From the NCBI RefSeq assembly GCF_030144855.1, contig NC_082731.1, positions 28,892,001 through 28,956,000 of the forward strand: a stretch of DNA of 64,000 bases, written 5' to 3'. The notes under the pieces were generated by a model. That model did no database searches, had not been told where the DNA came from, and saw nothing but the letters and a program-made list of their open reading frames with translations. Position numbers and translations under genes: made by a program. How positions within the stretch are numbered: the stretch's first letter is position 1; every line of letters starts with the position of its first letter. The stretch is from Hypanus sabinus (lineage: Eukaryota). Of the stretch, positions 52,454 through 64,000 are shown one piece after another.

Positions 52454-55400
52454 TGTAGTGGTGTGCTACACACAGTGCTGGAATAATGACAGGCAGACGG
52501 TGAGTTGCAGTTGCATTAAAGCCTTATTCAAACTTCGTGGCCTCACTTTTAAGTCTTCTTGTTTCCACCCTCCCCGGGTGGGAATACTGTAGGGGGGTGC
52601 ATATTCATAGTCCTTCCCTGTGCACAGGCTTTTCGCCTTGCTGGCGAAGAAGGCCTGGCGCCCGCTTTGTGAGCCGATTCGAGTGCACTGGAAAGTGGGT
52701 CGCCACATAACCCCCCCCCCCCCCACTGCCAGAACTGGTGATACACGCCCCCAATGTCCACAGTCTGAGTCGGTCTCTGTTTGGGAGGTCTGCCTCTGCG
52801 CTGCGGTGCCGGAGTCCCCGACTGGTTGCGCCAAGCCCACGTGGGCCGGTTTGAGCTGGTTCACTGTGAAAACCTGCTTTTTCCCCCCAATGTCCAGTAC
52901 GAACGTGGACCTGTTGTTCCTGATCACCTTAAACGGCCCCTCGTAGGGCTGCTGTAGCGGTGCCCAATGTCCGCCCCGGCGTACAAAAACAAACTTCAGA
53001 GTTCTGCACGTCTTTGGTTACGCAGGTTGGGCTCTGTCCATGCTGTGAAGTGGGTATGGTGGCCAGGTTACCGAGCCTCTCACGTAGTCTATCCAGGACA
53101 GCTACGGGTTCTTCTCCTGCCCCCTTGGGGCCGGTATAAACTCTCTTGAGACGACCAGGGTGTGCCGTACACCAACTCGGCCGACGAGGTGTGCAGATCC
53201 TCTTTGGGTGCCGTGTGGATTCCGAGCAGGACCCAGGGAAGCTCGTCCACCCAGTTAGGCCCTTTCAGGCGTGAGAGCCGACTTCAGATGACGGTGGAAA
53301 TGCTCCACTAGTCCATTCGATTGTGGGTGGTAGGCAGTTGTGTGGTGCAGTTGTGTTCCCAAAAGGTTAGCCATAGCTGACCACAGGCTGGAGGTGAACT
53401 GGGCGCCGCTGTCGGAGGTAATGTGGGCTGGTACACCAAAACGAGATACCCAGGTTGCAATCAATGCTCGGACGCAGGATTCGGAGGTGGTGTCGGTGAG
53501 TGGGACTGCCTCTGGCCATCTTGTGAACCAGTCTATGAGAGTTAGGAGGTGCCGCGCTCCTTGCGACACTGGCAGGGGGCCCACGATATGGTTGAAACCC
53601 CGGTGGGCGGGGTGGAACTGCTGCGGCAGGGCTTTGGTGTGCCACTGCACCTTGGCTGTCTGGCAGTGCATGCACGTTTTGGCCCATTCACTGACCTGCT
53701 TGCAGAGTCCGTGCCAAACCAACCTGTTGGAGACCATCCGGACGGTTGTTCTGATGGAGGGGTGCGCTAAATTGTGAATGGAGTTGAAAACTCGCCGCCG
53801 CCAGGCTGCCGGGACGATGGGGCGAGGTTGGCCGGTAGTTACGTCACACAGTAGGGTCCTCTCACCTGGGCCTATGAGGAAATCTTGGAGCTGCAAACCA
53901 GAGACTGCCTTTCTGAAACTAGGGATCTCATCATTTGCCTGCTGTGCCTCCGCTGGCGCTGCATAGTCCACCCCCGGGACAGGGCCTAGATGGTAGGTCT
54001 GGAGACTGCACCCGCCACGATGTTGTCCTTTCCTGAGACATGCCGAATGTCTATCCTGTATTTGGAGATGTAGGACAGATGTCGCTTCTGGCGGGACGAC
54101 CCGGGATCGGACGCCTTCGTGAATGCAAAGGTGAGTGGTTTGTGGTCTGTGAACGTGGTGAAGAGCCTACCTTCTAAGAAATACCAGAAATGCCGGATTG
54201 CCAGGTATAGCGCCAAGAGCTCCCAGTCGAAAGGACTGTATTTGAGTTCGGGTGGTCGTAGATGTTTGCTGAAGAACGCCTGGAGTTGCCAGCGACCCTC
54301 GATGAGTTGCTCCAGTACCCCACCGACTGCAGTGTTGGATGCGTCCACTGTGAGGGCGGTAGGGACGTCCGTTCTGGGGTGCACTAGCATCGCGGTGTTT
54401 GCCAAGGCTTCTTTGGTTTTAACGAAAGCGGCTGCGGCTTCCTCGTCCCAGGTAATGTCCTTGCCTTTTCCCGACATCAGGATGAACAGGGGGCACATGA
54501 TTTGGGCTGCTGAGGGGAGGAAGCGGTGGTAGAAATTCACCATACCCACGAATTCCTGCAGGCCTTGAGTGTGTTGGATCGGGGGAAGTGGCGGACCACG
54601 TCTACCTTAGCGGGCAGAGGGGTTGCCCTGACTATAGTCATCCTGTGGCCCAGGAAGTCGATGGTCTCGAGTCCGAACAAACATTTGGCCATAGGCGTAG
54701 AGTTGACGCAGGTGGGACAGATGCTCCTGACGACTACTGTTGGCTATGAGGATGTCGTCCAAATAGATGAATGCAAAGTCCAAGTCGCATCCCACCGCGT
54801 CCCTGAGCCGCTGGAACGTCTGTGCGGCATTCTTTAGGCCGAACAGCATTCAGAGGAATTCGAAAAGGCCGAATGGAGTTATGAGTGCTGTTTTGGGGAT
54901 GTCGTCCGGATGCATCGGGAGTTCATTGTATCCCTGGAGGAGGTCTACCTTGGAGAAGATCCTTGCGCTGTGCAGGTTTGCTGCAAAGTCCTGAATGTGC
55001 AGCATAGGGGAGCGGTCCAGTGTTGTAGCCTTGTTCAGCCTGCGGTAGTCGCTGTATGGTCTCCAGCCCCCCGTCACTTTGGGCACCATGTGCAGGAGGG
55101 AGGCCCATGGGCTGTCGGACCGCTGTCTGATCCCCAATTCCTCCATCCTCATGAACTCCTCCTTTGCCAGTCCGAGTTTCTCCGGGGGAAGCCTTAGAGC
55201 ACAGGCGTGGAGGAGTGGTCCCTGGGTCGGGATCAGGCACTGTACCCCGTGTCTAGGCATGGCTGCTGTGAACTGCGGTGCCAGGACTGATGGGAAATCT
55301 ACCAGGACCCTGGTGAATTCATTGTCGGACAGCGTGATGGAGTCTAGGTGTGGGGCTGGCAACTTGGCTTCACCCAGCGAGAATGCTTGGAAAGCCTTGG

Positions 55401-56748
55401 CATTGACTAGTCTCTTCCCTTGCAGGTCGACCAGCTCGCAAAAAATCCACTCCCAGGAGTGGTTGGGCCACGGCGGCCACTGTGAAGTCCCATGTGAACC
55501 GCTGGAGCCGAACTGTAGCCGCACCGTACGGGTGCCGAAGGTCCGTATTGCACTGGCATTTGCGGCCCGCGGGGTGGGTCGCGGTTCTCTGTTGCAGGTG
55601 TCATAACTCACCGGAGGTAATCGCTGATCTCGGCCCCGGTGTCGACCAAAAAACAGTGTCCCGACTGTTTGTCCCAGACATACAGGAGCCTATTCTGATA
55701 ACCAGCTGCCGTAGCCAGCAGCGGTGGCTGGCCCTGGCGTTTCCCGAGAAGTTGCAGGGTGGGCTACAGTGGCGGGCTTCTGTGCCCCACCGCTGGTGGT
55801 AGAAGCACCATTGTTCATTGGCCTCCGCACTCCTGCCTCTGGGTTTTGTGGGCTCTGCTGCCGGGCCTGGTCCGGTCTGCTGTTGGGCACGTGGCTTGGT
55901 GATCTGTGCGACGGGTGCCCCACTCTCCTTCTTGGCTTTCCACAGCACATCTGCCTGGGCCGCCAACTTCCAGGGGTCGCTGAAATCTGCGTCGGACAGA
56001 AGCAGGCGTATGCCCTCAGGCAGCTGCTCTAGGAACGCCTGCTCAAACATGAGGCAGGGCTTGTGTCCTTCAGCCAGGGCCAGCATCTCGTTCAACAAAG
56101 CCAACAGCGGCCTGCCTCCCAAACCATCCAGGTACAGTAAGCGAGCAGCTCGCTGGCGCCGTGAGAGGCCGAAAGTCCTTATGAGCAAGGCTTTGAATGC
56201 TGTGTATTTGCCGTCCTCCAGGGGTGACTGTATGAACTCCTCAACCTGGGCGGCTGTCTCCTGGTCGAGGGAGCTCACCACGTAGTAGTAACGTGTGGAA
56301 TCCGAGGTTATCTGCCGAATGTGGAATTGGGCTTCTGGTTGCTGGAACCATAGGTGAGGTCGCAGCGTCCAGAAGCTTGGCAGTTTTAACAAAACTGCAT
56401 GAACAGGTACGGCGTCATTAATATTCGGTCCAAATATCGCTTGGGCCGACAGGGTCACCAATTGTAGCGGTGTGCTACACACAGCGCTGGAATAACAACA
56501 CGCTGATGGTGAGTTGCAGTTGCGTTAAAGCCTTATTCAAACTTGGCGGCCTCGCTATTACGCCTTCCCATTTCCGCCCTCCCCAGGCGGAATGCTATAG
56601 GGGGCACATATTCACAGTCCCTTCCCGCGCACGGGCATTTCCCCTTGCTGGTGAAGAAGGCCTGGCGCCCTCTTTGGGACCGGCCTGCCTGCCAGCGTGC
56701 ACCATTTTGTGAGCCGGTTCGAGTTCGCTGGAAAGTGGGTCGCCACCA
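52454..56748 (-). mobile_element. Ty3/Gypsy LTR retrotransposon, complete structure but disrupted
   Basis: LTRs at 52454-52707 and 56463-56748. PBS TGGTGACCC(T)G(T)CG, tRNA-Trp-like, just inside the 5' LTR. G-run PPT at 52711-52724. Gag KLPSFW...WF...EAQF...IT.D.TRYYYVV; RT WASLLHMVPK, DYRRLN, FSKVDL, FIYLDDILIA; RNase H LTVDASNTAVG, TDHKPL; integrase WPEAVP, ITSDSGAQFTS, TTAYHPQSNGLVE. Confidence 0.95.
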
Positions 56749-58399
56749 ATTATTATTTACAAAAATCTTAAAAAGATGGTGGACTTGCACTTCCTAATTT
56801 AAGACTGTACTGTTGGGCTGTTAATTTTAGACAATTATGTTTTTGGCTATATTAGCTCAACAAGAGCCAAAAACCACTATGGGATGATTTGGAACTAAAA
56901 GAGCTGTTAAAAAATTTCATTTTACTTCAATATTAGGAGCTCCATTACCTCTACAACTCTCTAAAATTTCAAATTTAAATCTTTACCCTGTTATTAAACA
57001 GTCCTTACGGATTTTGTTTCAGTTTTGCAATATTTTTAATTTTAAGCAATTTAAATTGTCTAGTTTTTTATATCAAAACTTTTTATTTAAACCTTCAATA
57101 ACAGATCCCATTTTTCTTCTATGGAGAAATAAAGGGATTTGTTCTTTTACAGATTTATTTTGTGATGGTCGATGGATGACTTTCAAAGAATTAATTAACA
57201 AAAATTCTCTTGCTCATACAAATTTTCTGCAATATCTTCAGGTTAGACATTTTTAACACAATATTTATCTAAGCTTCCATAATAGAAAGAATCTGATTTG
57301 TTGGATACCATTTTGAAGTTGAATCCTTTAGTGAGATGTTCTATTAGAAGAACTTATAATTTACTTTTGTTACAAAAAGAGAACCTATCACTAAAGATTA
57401 AATCAGATTGGGAGAGAGAACTTAATATGGCCTTTGTTAATGAAGATTGGTTGCGAGTTTTGAAAAATGTAAATTCTTCCTCTATACGTGCCAATCATTG
57501 TTTAATTCAGTTTAAAATTGTTCACTGTTGTTACTTAACAAAGGAAAGCCTATCTAAAATATTTCCTAATATAGATAACCACTGCGATAGGTGTAAAACT
57601 GAGGTAGCTACTTTGTTACGTATGTTCTGGTCATGTTCTTTACCAAAACCGTTTTGGAAATCTTTATTTCCTACAATTTCTAAAGCTCTGAAAATTAATT
57701 TACAGCCTAACAGATTGACTGTTCTGTTTGGAATAGTTCTGCATCATATTCAGGATATTTTATCTTCAGATCAACATGTAATTGTATTTGTCACATTATT
57801 GGCAAGAAGGGCTATTTTATTAAAATGGAAAGATACTTCTGTCCCTACATTAATTGAATAGTTTTCTCAAGTAATGTTGTGTCTCATTTTGGGAAAAATT
57901 AGAAGTAGAACATTTGATCCCTGATTTGACTTTGAGAGAAGATGGGGGTCTTTTGCCAAATGTTATAATTTAATTTGAATTATTTTATATGGTTTCCTTC
58001 CAATCTTATCTTATTTTATATAAATATGAATTGGCAGTTGATGATTTTTTTCTTTATATATATAGAGGATGGTAAGACGTATAGCTTACGTTTGATTCCT
58101 AATGTGTTCCCCCCCCCCTTTTTTGTAGTCAGTGGTGTTTTTCTCAGTTCGATGGGGTTCTTTTTTTTCCCTGTCTTTACATATAATTTTTTTTCATTCC
58201 TATATATTACAATCAGTTTTTTTCTTCAGCTTTATTAATTGTATATATATTAATTTGTTTAAATTTTGTATCATCTTATAGCTGTAGAAGGTTATGCACG
58301 AATAAAAAATTCTAAAAATGAAAAAAAAAGTATTTCAGGTTGTATATTGTATACATTCTCTAATATTAAATGGAACCGTTGAAATATTGGCCTGACACA

Positions 58400-60160
58400 C
58401 GAGGAAACCAACGAGTTTCTCAGCCCTGTCTCTCCCCTTTTCCTGCAATGTGTTGTCCCGTTGGCCGTTGAGCTCCCCTCCGGTGAGGCCCACCGCTCCA
58501 TCAGAAATGTGAAATGGGAACATTATCAGAGAATTTACAGCCATTTCTGTGATATCAGAGACGATAGGCGCATGTGGCAAGACGTTCAAAGCTTTTCAGA
58601 CTCCAAGTCTATCCTGTGCGTCAGAGACCAGGATGCTTCACTCCCTGAGAGGCTGAATGTCTTCCACACCCGGTTCAATGCACAGAACAAAGCACTGGCA
58701 AGGAAGGCACCCATACCCCCTCGGGAGCAGACACTGCGCCTGACTGAAGCTGAGGTGAGAAAGACCCTGGCCACAGTCAACCCACGCAAAGCTGCGGGAC
58801 CGATGGTATACCAGGTCGGGTCTGAAAGACTGAGTAGCCCCGCTGGCAGAATTGCTGACGGGTATATTCAACATTTCACTGGAACAATCTATTGCATCCT
58901 TGGTTTTCAAGGTGGCAACAATCACTCCAGTGTCAATGAAGGTGACAGTAACCTGCTTAAATTATTATTGTCGGGTGGCATTAACATCAACCATTATGAG
59001 ATACTTTGAACGGCTGGTCATGGAGAACATTAAAGCCTTTCTCCCGGTTACATTGGACCCTTTACAGTTCACTTAATGCTCAAATTGATCCTCTGACGAT
59101 GCAATAGCCTCTGTCCCCCACTCTGTGCTGTCCCATGTGGAAATGGGGTCTCATCTGCCAGACTGCTGTTTATAGACCAGTTCGGCATTCAAGACCAACA
59201 CTCACCAGAAACTTGTGCGGAAACTGTCCTCGCTGTGTCTCAACATCCCTTCAACTAGTGAATACTGGGCTTCTTAACGGTAAGGCCACAGTCAGTCCGT
59301 TTGGACAGCAGCGTCTCCAGTTCCATTGCGCTGAGCACTGGCGCTTCCCAAGGCTGTGTGCTCAGCCCGCTGCTGACGCAGGACTGTGTCACAGGATCCA
59401 GCTCACCCGGGTCATCAAGTCTGTGGATGATACAACAGGGGCTGGCCTCATCAAAGACAATGACAACACGGAGTATGAAGTGGAGCGTCTGGTGGATTGG
59501 AACGTGGAGAAGACAAAGGAAATCATTGTGGACTTCAGGGAGGTGCAGAGAAACTACTCCCTTCCCGAGAGAGAGTTAAGTGAACCAAGTTCATGAAAGT
59601 TCGCATCATGGATGACCTCACCTGGTCCCTTAGTATCACTTCCCTGAGCAAGAATGCTCAGCAGCGCCTCCAATTCCTCAGCAGATTAAAGCAAACCGGC
59701 TCCCCTGCATCTTAACTGATTTTACAGGAGCACCATTGAGAGCGTCCTGACAAGTTATATCTCCACCTGGTACGGGAGCAGTCGAGAATCGGACAGGAAT
59801 TCCCAACAAAAGACTGTGTGAGAACAGCAGAGAGGATCAAAGGGATCTCCCGACCATCCATCGGAAGAATTTATCAGGCCATTCGGCTTCTGAGCTCCCT
59901 GTCACATTTGAATTCGAAGTGTCACTGGTTAATATATTCCAGTACAATATTTAATATTAATGCACTTTAGTTTGTTATTTATGCGTGATCCATCTGAAGA
60001 TTTTATCCTTACCTTCATAAATCATCGTGCGTTCTGTGTACTATTGTGATTTACACCCTGGTTCAGAGAAACGCTATTCCATTTCTGTACACATTGTACG
60101 GTTATATACTGTGTATGTACATGTATATAGTTAAATAACAATAAACTTGAAGAGACTTGA
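58400..60160 (+). mobile_element. Rex1/Babar-like LINE RT to 3' end
   Basis: VNPRKAAGP, RVALTSTIMRYFERLV, LDPLQF, STGASQGCVLSPLL, KTKEIIVDFR. Confidence 0.8.
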
Positions 60161-60779
60161 TGAAGTGGAGTCGCTGGAATAGGAAAACCTGTGGAATCAC
60201 CAACAGCGAAAGATAGGGGTGTCCCAGTGTTGGTTTAGTCTCGAACACGGACGTTGATGTCGCAACCCTAGTGAGGGGTTTCAGGAGAAAGTCAGCTGAA
60301 GGAACAAGGTAACAGGTACACATTATGGAAGGGTCACCTGGAAAGGAAACCTCCTCTACATGGGTTTGGATTAGCTGTGAAAAATGAGATATTCGACCCA
60401 GTGGGCGGTGTTAACTATGATGTCAATCATGTTGAAAGGCAGCCAACACTGAAACAGCAGCACCTCAGGAACTTCATGGAACTGCAGTGATACTGATTCA
60501 ACAGAGACCTCTAGTGGCTCAAGTGATGATGACAGCAATGAGGTAAATGGTCTGGCAGCCATGGCTGGATTGCCCCAGTAAAAATTCAGAGACTGTAAAC
60601 GCACAAGACTGGTGGTGGAGAGTATGATGGAGGCTTGTCATCAACCTCTAGATCTAGAAAAAAAGATAAATGATCCAGGGCAGTTGTTGGGCTGAACTTC
60701 AATGAAATAAGAATATATACAAAGTACTTCCATATAAGGGTATTTAAATTTCTGTTATTATGCCAATACTCAGAAATAA

Positions 60780-61770
60780 ACCAGGATACATGCTTGTCAA
60801 ATGGTTTAGAGATTTATGACATGCCAGACAACTAACCCCTGATTAACAGGGAAGCTACCTCAACTAAGTACTCCTGCCTCTTCCAGTCTATCTTTATATC
60901 CACTAATGGACTATATTACTTTACCAATGTGCAAAGGGTTTTGAGATGTGTCAGTAATAATGGGCGCATTTTCAAAATGGGTGAAGTCATCCCAGCAAGA
61001 AAAGCTCCTGCCACACACACAGCCAAAACTGAGATTAAGGACTATAATCCTAGATGGGGATTGCTATGCCACATTGACTCTGACCAACGAACACTTTTCA
61101 CCGGAAATGTGTGTCAAGAATGGCATCATCAAACAACGGCTGACTAAGTATCATGATGAAGATGTACCATGGCCTGCAGCTATTCCTTTGCGTCTATGCA
61201 GCATCAGGGCAACCCCAAGCAACAACTCAAAACTGAGTCCATTTGAAGATATGACGAGGTGACCTATGTCACCACTGGGAGCTCTCGATCTGAGAGAGGC
61301 TCATATACATTTTTGTCAGATAGCTTAGCTGATTATTTTTCAAAACCAACACAAGCTGTTCAGTCTACTTCTCAACAGGTTTCTGTTGGCTGTAGTGGTG
61401 TATCCGAATGAGGACACACCTTGATTCCTGGTGAGTGGGTCCTGGTCAAGGAACCACATAAAAACCATCGAAAGCATGGTCTCCCCCCTCTATGCCACCG
61501 ACGTTGTCCAAGGGAAGGGCATTAGGACCCATACAGCTTGGAACTGGTGTCATCACAGAGCAATGTGTGGTTGAGTCCCTTGCTCAAGGAGACACACGCA
61601 GCTTCAGTCAAGTGACCTTCAGATCACTAGACGAATGGCTTAACCACTTGGCCACGCGTCAACACCCTTACCAAGTATTGTTAATTACCAGTTCCGCAGT
61701 TAACATAGGTCAAATATAAGTGGATACACTCCAGCCACTGCAAACGAGCTGAAGTCACTCCAAAGTGAAA
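60780..61770 (+). mobile_element. Endogenous retrovirus pol (integrase) relic, class I-like, with a V-SINE insert at ~61470-61660
   Basis: C..CQTTNP zinc-finger remnant, VIMGAFSKWV, NGIIKQRL.K, WPAAIPL.L.SIRATP...KLSPFE, GEWVLVK, PYQVLLITSSAV, WIHSSHCK. Confidence 0.75.
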
Positions 61771-62869
61771 CGAATACTGTGGGAAGACATCAAGCATAAA
61801 AATAATTATTGGACGACATGACAATAAATATATATTTTTGTGTTTCTTTAAAAGTAATTACTCTGAATTTTCAGACGTAATTCTGCCAGGGTCATTATAG
61901 AATCAAAAGAGGGTACTGTAAGAAACCACTTTTTAAAAAAAAATAATTATTTATATAAGGTTGGTACCCTTTTACAAAATCATATATTTGACATAGTGTG
62001 TCATCGTTTATCCCCATTCACTGGCACAAAGCGGTATAGCAGTTAAAGGAATTGATCTTCACCGTTCTCATGTTTTCATTGGCTATTAGCACATTACACA
62101 CATGTAATCTAGTTTTTCAGTAATCTAGTTTATTAGCTGGCTTATTTTCTATTTAAGGAATTTTTTTATCTTGTCCATAAAAGTGAGTGATTTTTCAGAA
62201 TCACCATCTTGGCTTCTTTATTGTTTTGCCTATACACCTCTTAGCATCGTTTCACAGCTCTTTATTTAGTTTGCTTCATATTTGTATGAATACAATAAAG
62301 TGAAATCTTGGAAGTAAGACCGCTTGCCTTTTTTGACTCACAAATGAACCCTAAGGTTCAGAAAAGAAACAGAGATCCAACAGACTCTACCACAGACTGT
62401 TCAGTAATAAATGAGAGTCTCACAACCCCGTGGCTGGAAAATGGAACCTGCATGTTCCTGGCACCACAGTCAGTGTGCTGAAATTTGTAGGTGGGGTGCC
62501 AGAGAATTTTAAAAATAAAGTTCGGTACCAGACTTCAATGGTGAATCTTTTATTTTAGCATGATATGGAGAAGCCTTATGTGTGGAACTCTGAGTTACAT
62601 GGAATCATCTTGTGCTTATATTTAGTAACAGACAAGTGAGCGAAACCAACCCCCACCACAATTAGCAAGACAAAGGGTTGGTTTGTGACTCACCTGTCTA
62701 CCCTTATCTTGTACAGCTGTATTGTTGCTCTAATGAGGGGTTTTGGGCTGCACAATAGCTTAGTTATGCAGATTTGGGACTTGATTGGAAACCATAGGAT
62801 GTCCACAAGTTCACAAGCTTTAGCAACATTCAGCACCTTTAACCCAATATTCGAAATACCGTATTCTTT

Positions 62870-64000
62870 CCCAATTCCCTCCTTTTTGATTGCAAGATGA
62901 ACTTTACAGATCGGTATCTGCAAAAGGGATCTCATAGCCTGAGGGTAGTGGCCACATTTTCAAACATTCTCGTTCATCATAAACTATCCTCTTCACCACT
63001 GTTTTCCATATTTGGGGACCTCACATAAAGCAAGACACAGTCATTTTTGTCTTTGACTGTGAAGGTGTAGATGTCAGATGATATGCAAGATGCAGTGAAT
63101 AACTAATGCCAAGCAAATCTGTGCAATGTCCATAAAGTGGGACTGCAACCAGAAAAACACCAATATCCCAACCCTTAGGAGAAGCCTAAAAACTTAGCTT
63201 GAGTTTTGTTGAGTGATATTTTTGAAGCATCCGGTCGATAAGTGCAACATTCTTTCCCGACTTGTGCACAAACACCACCTTCTTTTGCTATGACGTAGTC
63301 CAGGGCCATCCTGTTCTGCAAAACGACTACTCAGAGATTTTGCATTTCCTGATTCATAATTGAGAATATTTTTATAGTTTCATTAGCTAGAATTTCTAAT
63401 TCTAAACTTATATAATCTATACTATGGGTATTATTTATAGCACCCCCCCCCCCCCAAAAGAGTCCAATAAAACCTAGTTCAAGTATTTAGATAGATCGGG
63501 CCACTGCTGCGTTAGGGGTGCAAAACAAATAGCATATGGGAAAATTCTAACCAGTTTACCTTAGACTCTGGTCCTGATCACAAACAGACCAGGTTTGGGT
63601 AACATGGGAGTCACATTTACTTCTGTTGGCAATTTGTAGTGTTTTCCTGATTATATAGGGCCGAAACACAGAAACAATAAGAAGAGCACAGGTTTGTAAA
63701 TTTGGTGGTGGTATATCCCCATAACTTAGAGCTACTCAAAATAAGACACTTTACAAAATTCAAACAGGTTGGAGTCAAACTATTACTAGAAATATTATAA
63801 GATTACAACACAATTCCCTAAGTTACGATTCCAAAATGTAATTATAAGATTACAACATAGTCATGGCTCCTTTGCCACAGGCAGAGGTCTTATGTACAAT
63901 GCGTATTGTGATGAGTGGGGAATAGCCATAAAATCCTAACAGTTGGTTAAGTTGGCCTGATAGGCTGTATAATTAGCAAATTACCACCAGATATTCTGTA
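62870..64000 (-). mobile_element. Endogenous retrovirus env (TM subunit) pseudogene, running off the window edge
   Basis: LELGFIGLFWGGG (fusion peptide-like), heptad ELEILANETIKIFSIMNQEMQNL*VVV, immunosuppressive domain LQNRMALD (63298-63321), CX6CC motif CAQVGKECC (63244-63270), then a hydrophobic stretch and PPT-like AAAAAGGAGGGAA at ~62875-62887. Confidence 0.85.

Larger units (their letters stand above)
42300..58329 (+). mobile_element. Old L1 element (host), split by three nested insertions
   Basis: ORF1 remnant DIEMAHR...RHIVVRFLRFRDKDRI (42.8 kb); endonuclease SWNVHG.NHPIKRK...SRIDYF...ISDHAP (44.0-44.7 kb); RT KAPGLDG, SYRPISLFNVD, DQTGFIK (51.3-52.4 kb); C-terminus CDRCKTEVATL..MFWSC (57.6 kb); AATAAA and A-tail at ~58.3 kb. 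Confidence 0.85.

Overview
Vertebrate nuclear DNA, most likely from a cartilaginous fish (ray or shark). This is inferred from the IgW-type V/leader/J and the elasmobranch-style repeat content. The one clearly supported host gene is the variable part of an immunoglobulin heavy-chain (IgW-like) cluster on the minus strand: TATA (~6250), leader exon (6117-6162), V exon (5693-6007) and one JH (5242-5289). The constant exons must lie left of the window. The V appears germline-joined: it has no 23-RSS and runs directly into 16 nt of D-like sequence followed by a 12-RSS, leaving one VD-to-J step. The remaining ~58 kb is almost all transposon debris: CR1, Rex1-like, RTE and L1 LINEs, SINEs, two hAT elements with perfect 8-bp TSDs, a Ty3/Gypsy element, a solo LTR and class I endogenous retrovirus relics (integrase and env TM). 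An old L1 (~42.3-58.3 kb) hosts three nested insertions, one of which is a ~240-bp foldback element carrying Penelope-type minimal hammerhead ribozyme motifs. A few possible stray exons are reported at low confidence. All alignments and identities are by eye, and repeat boundaries are approximate unless a TSD is quoted.
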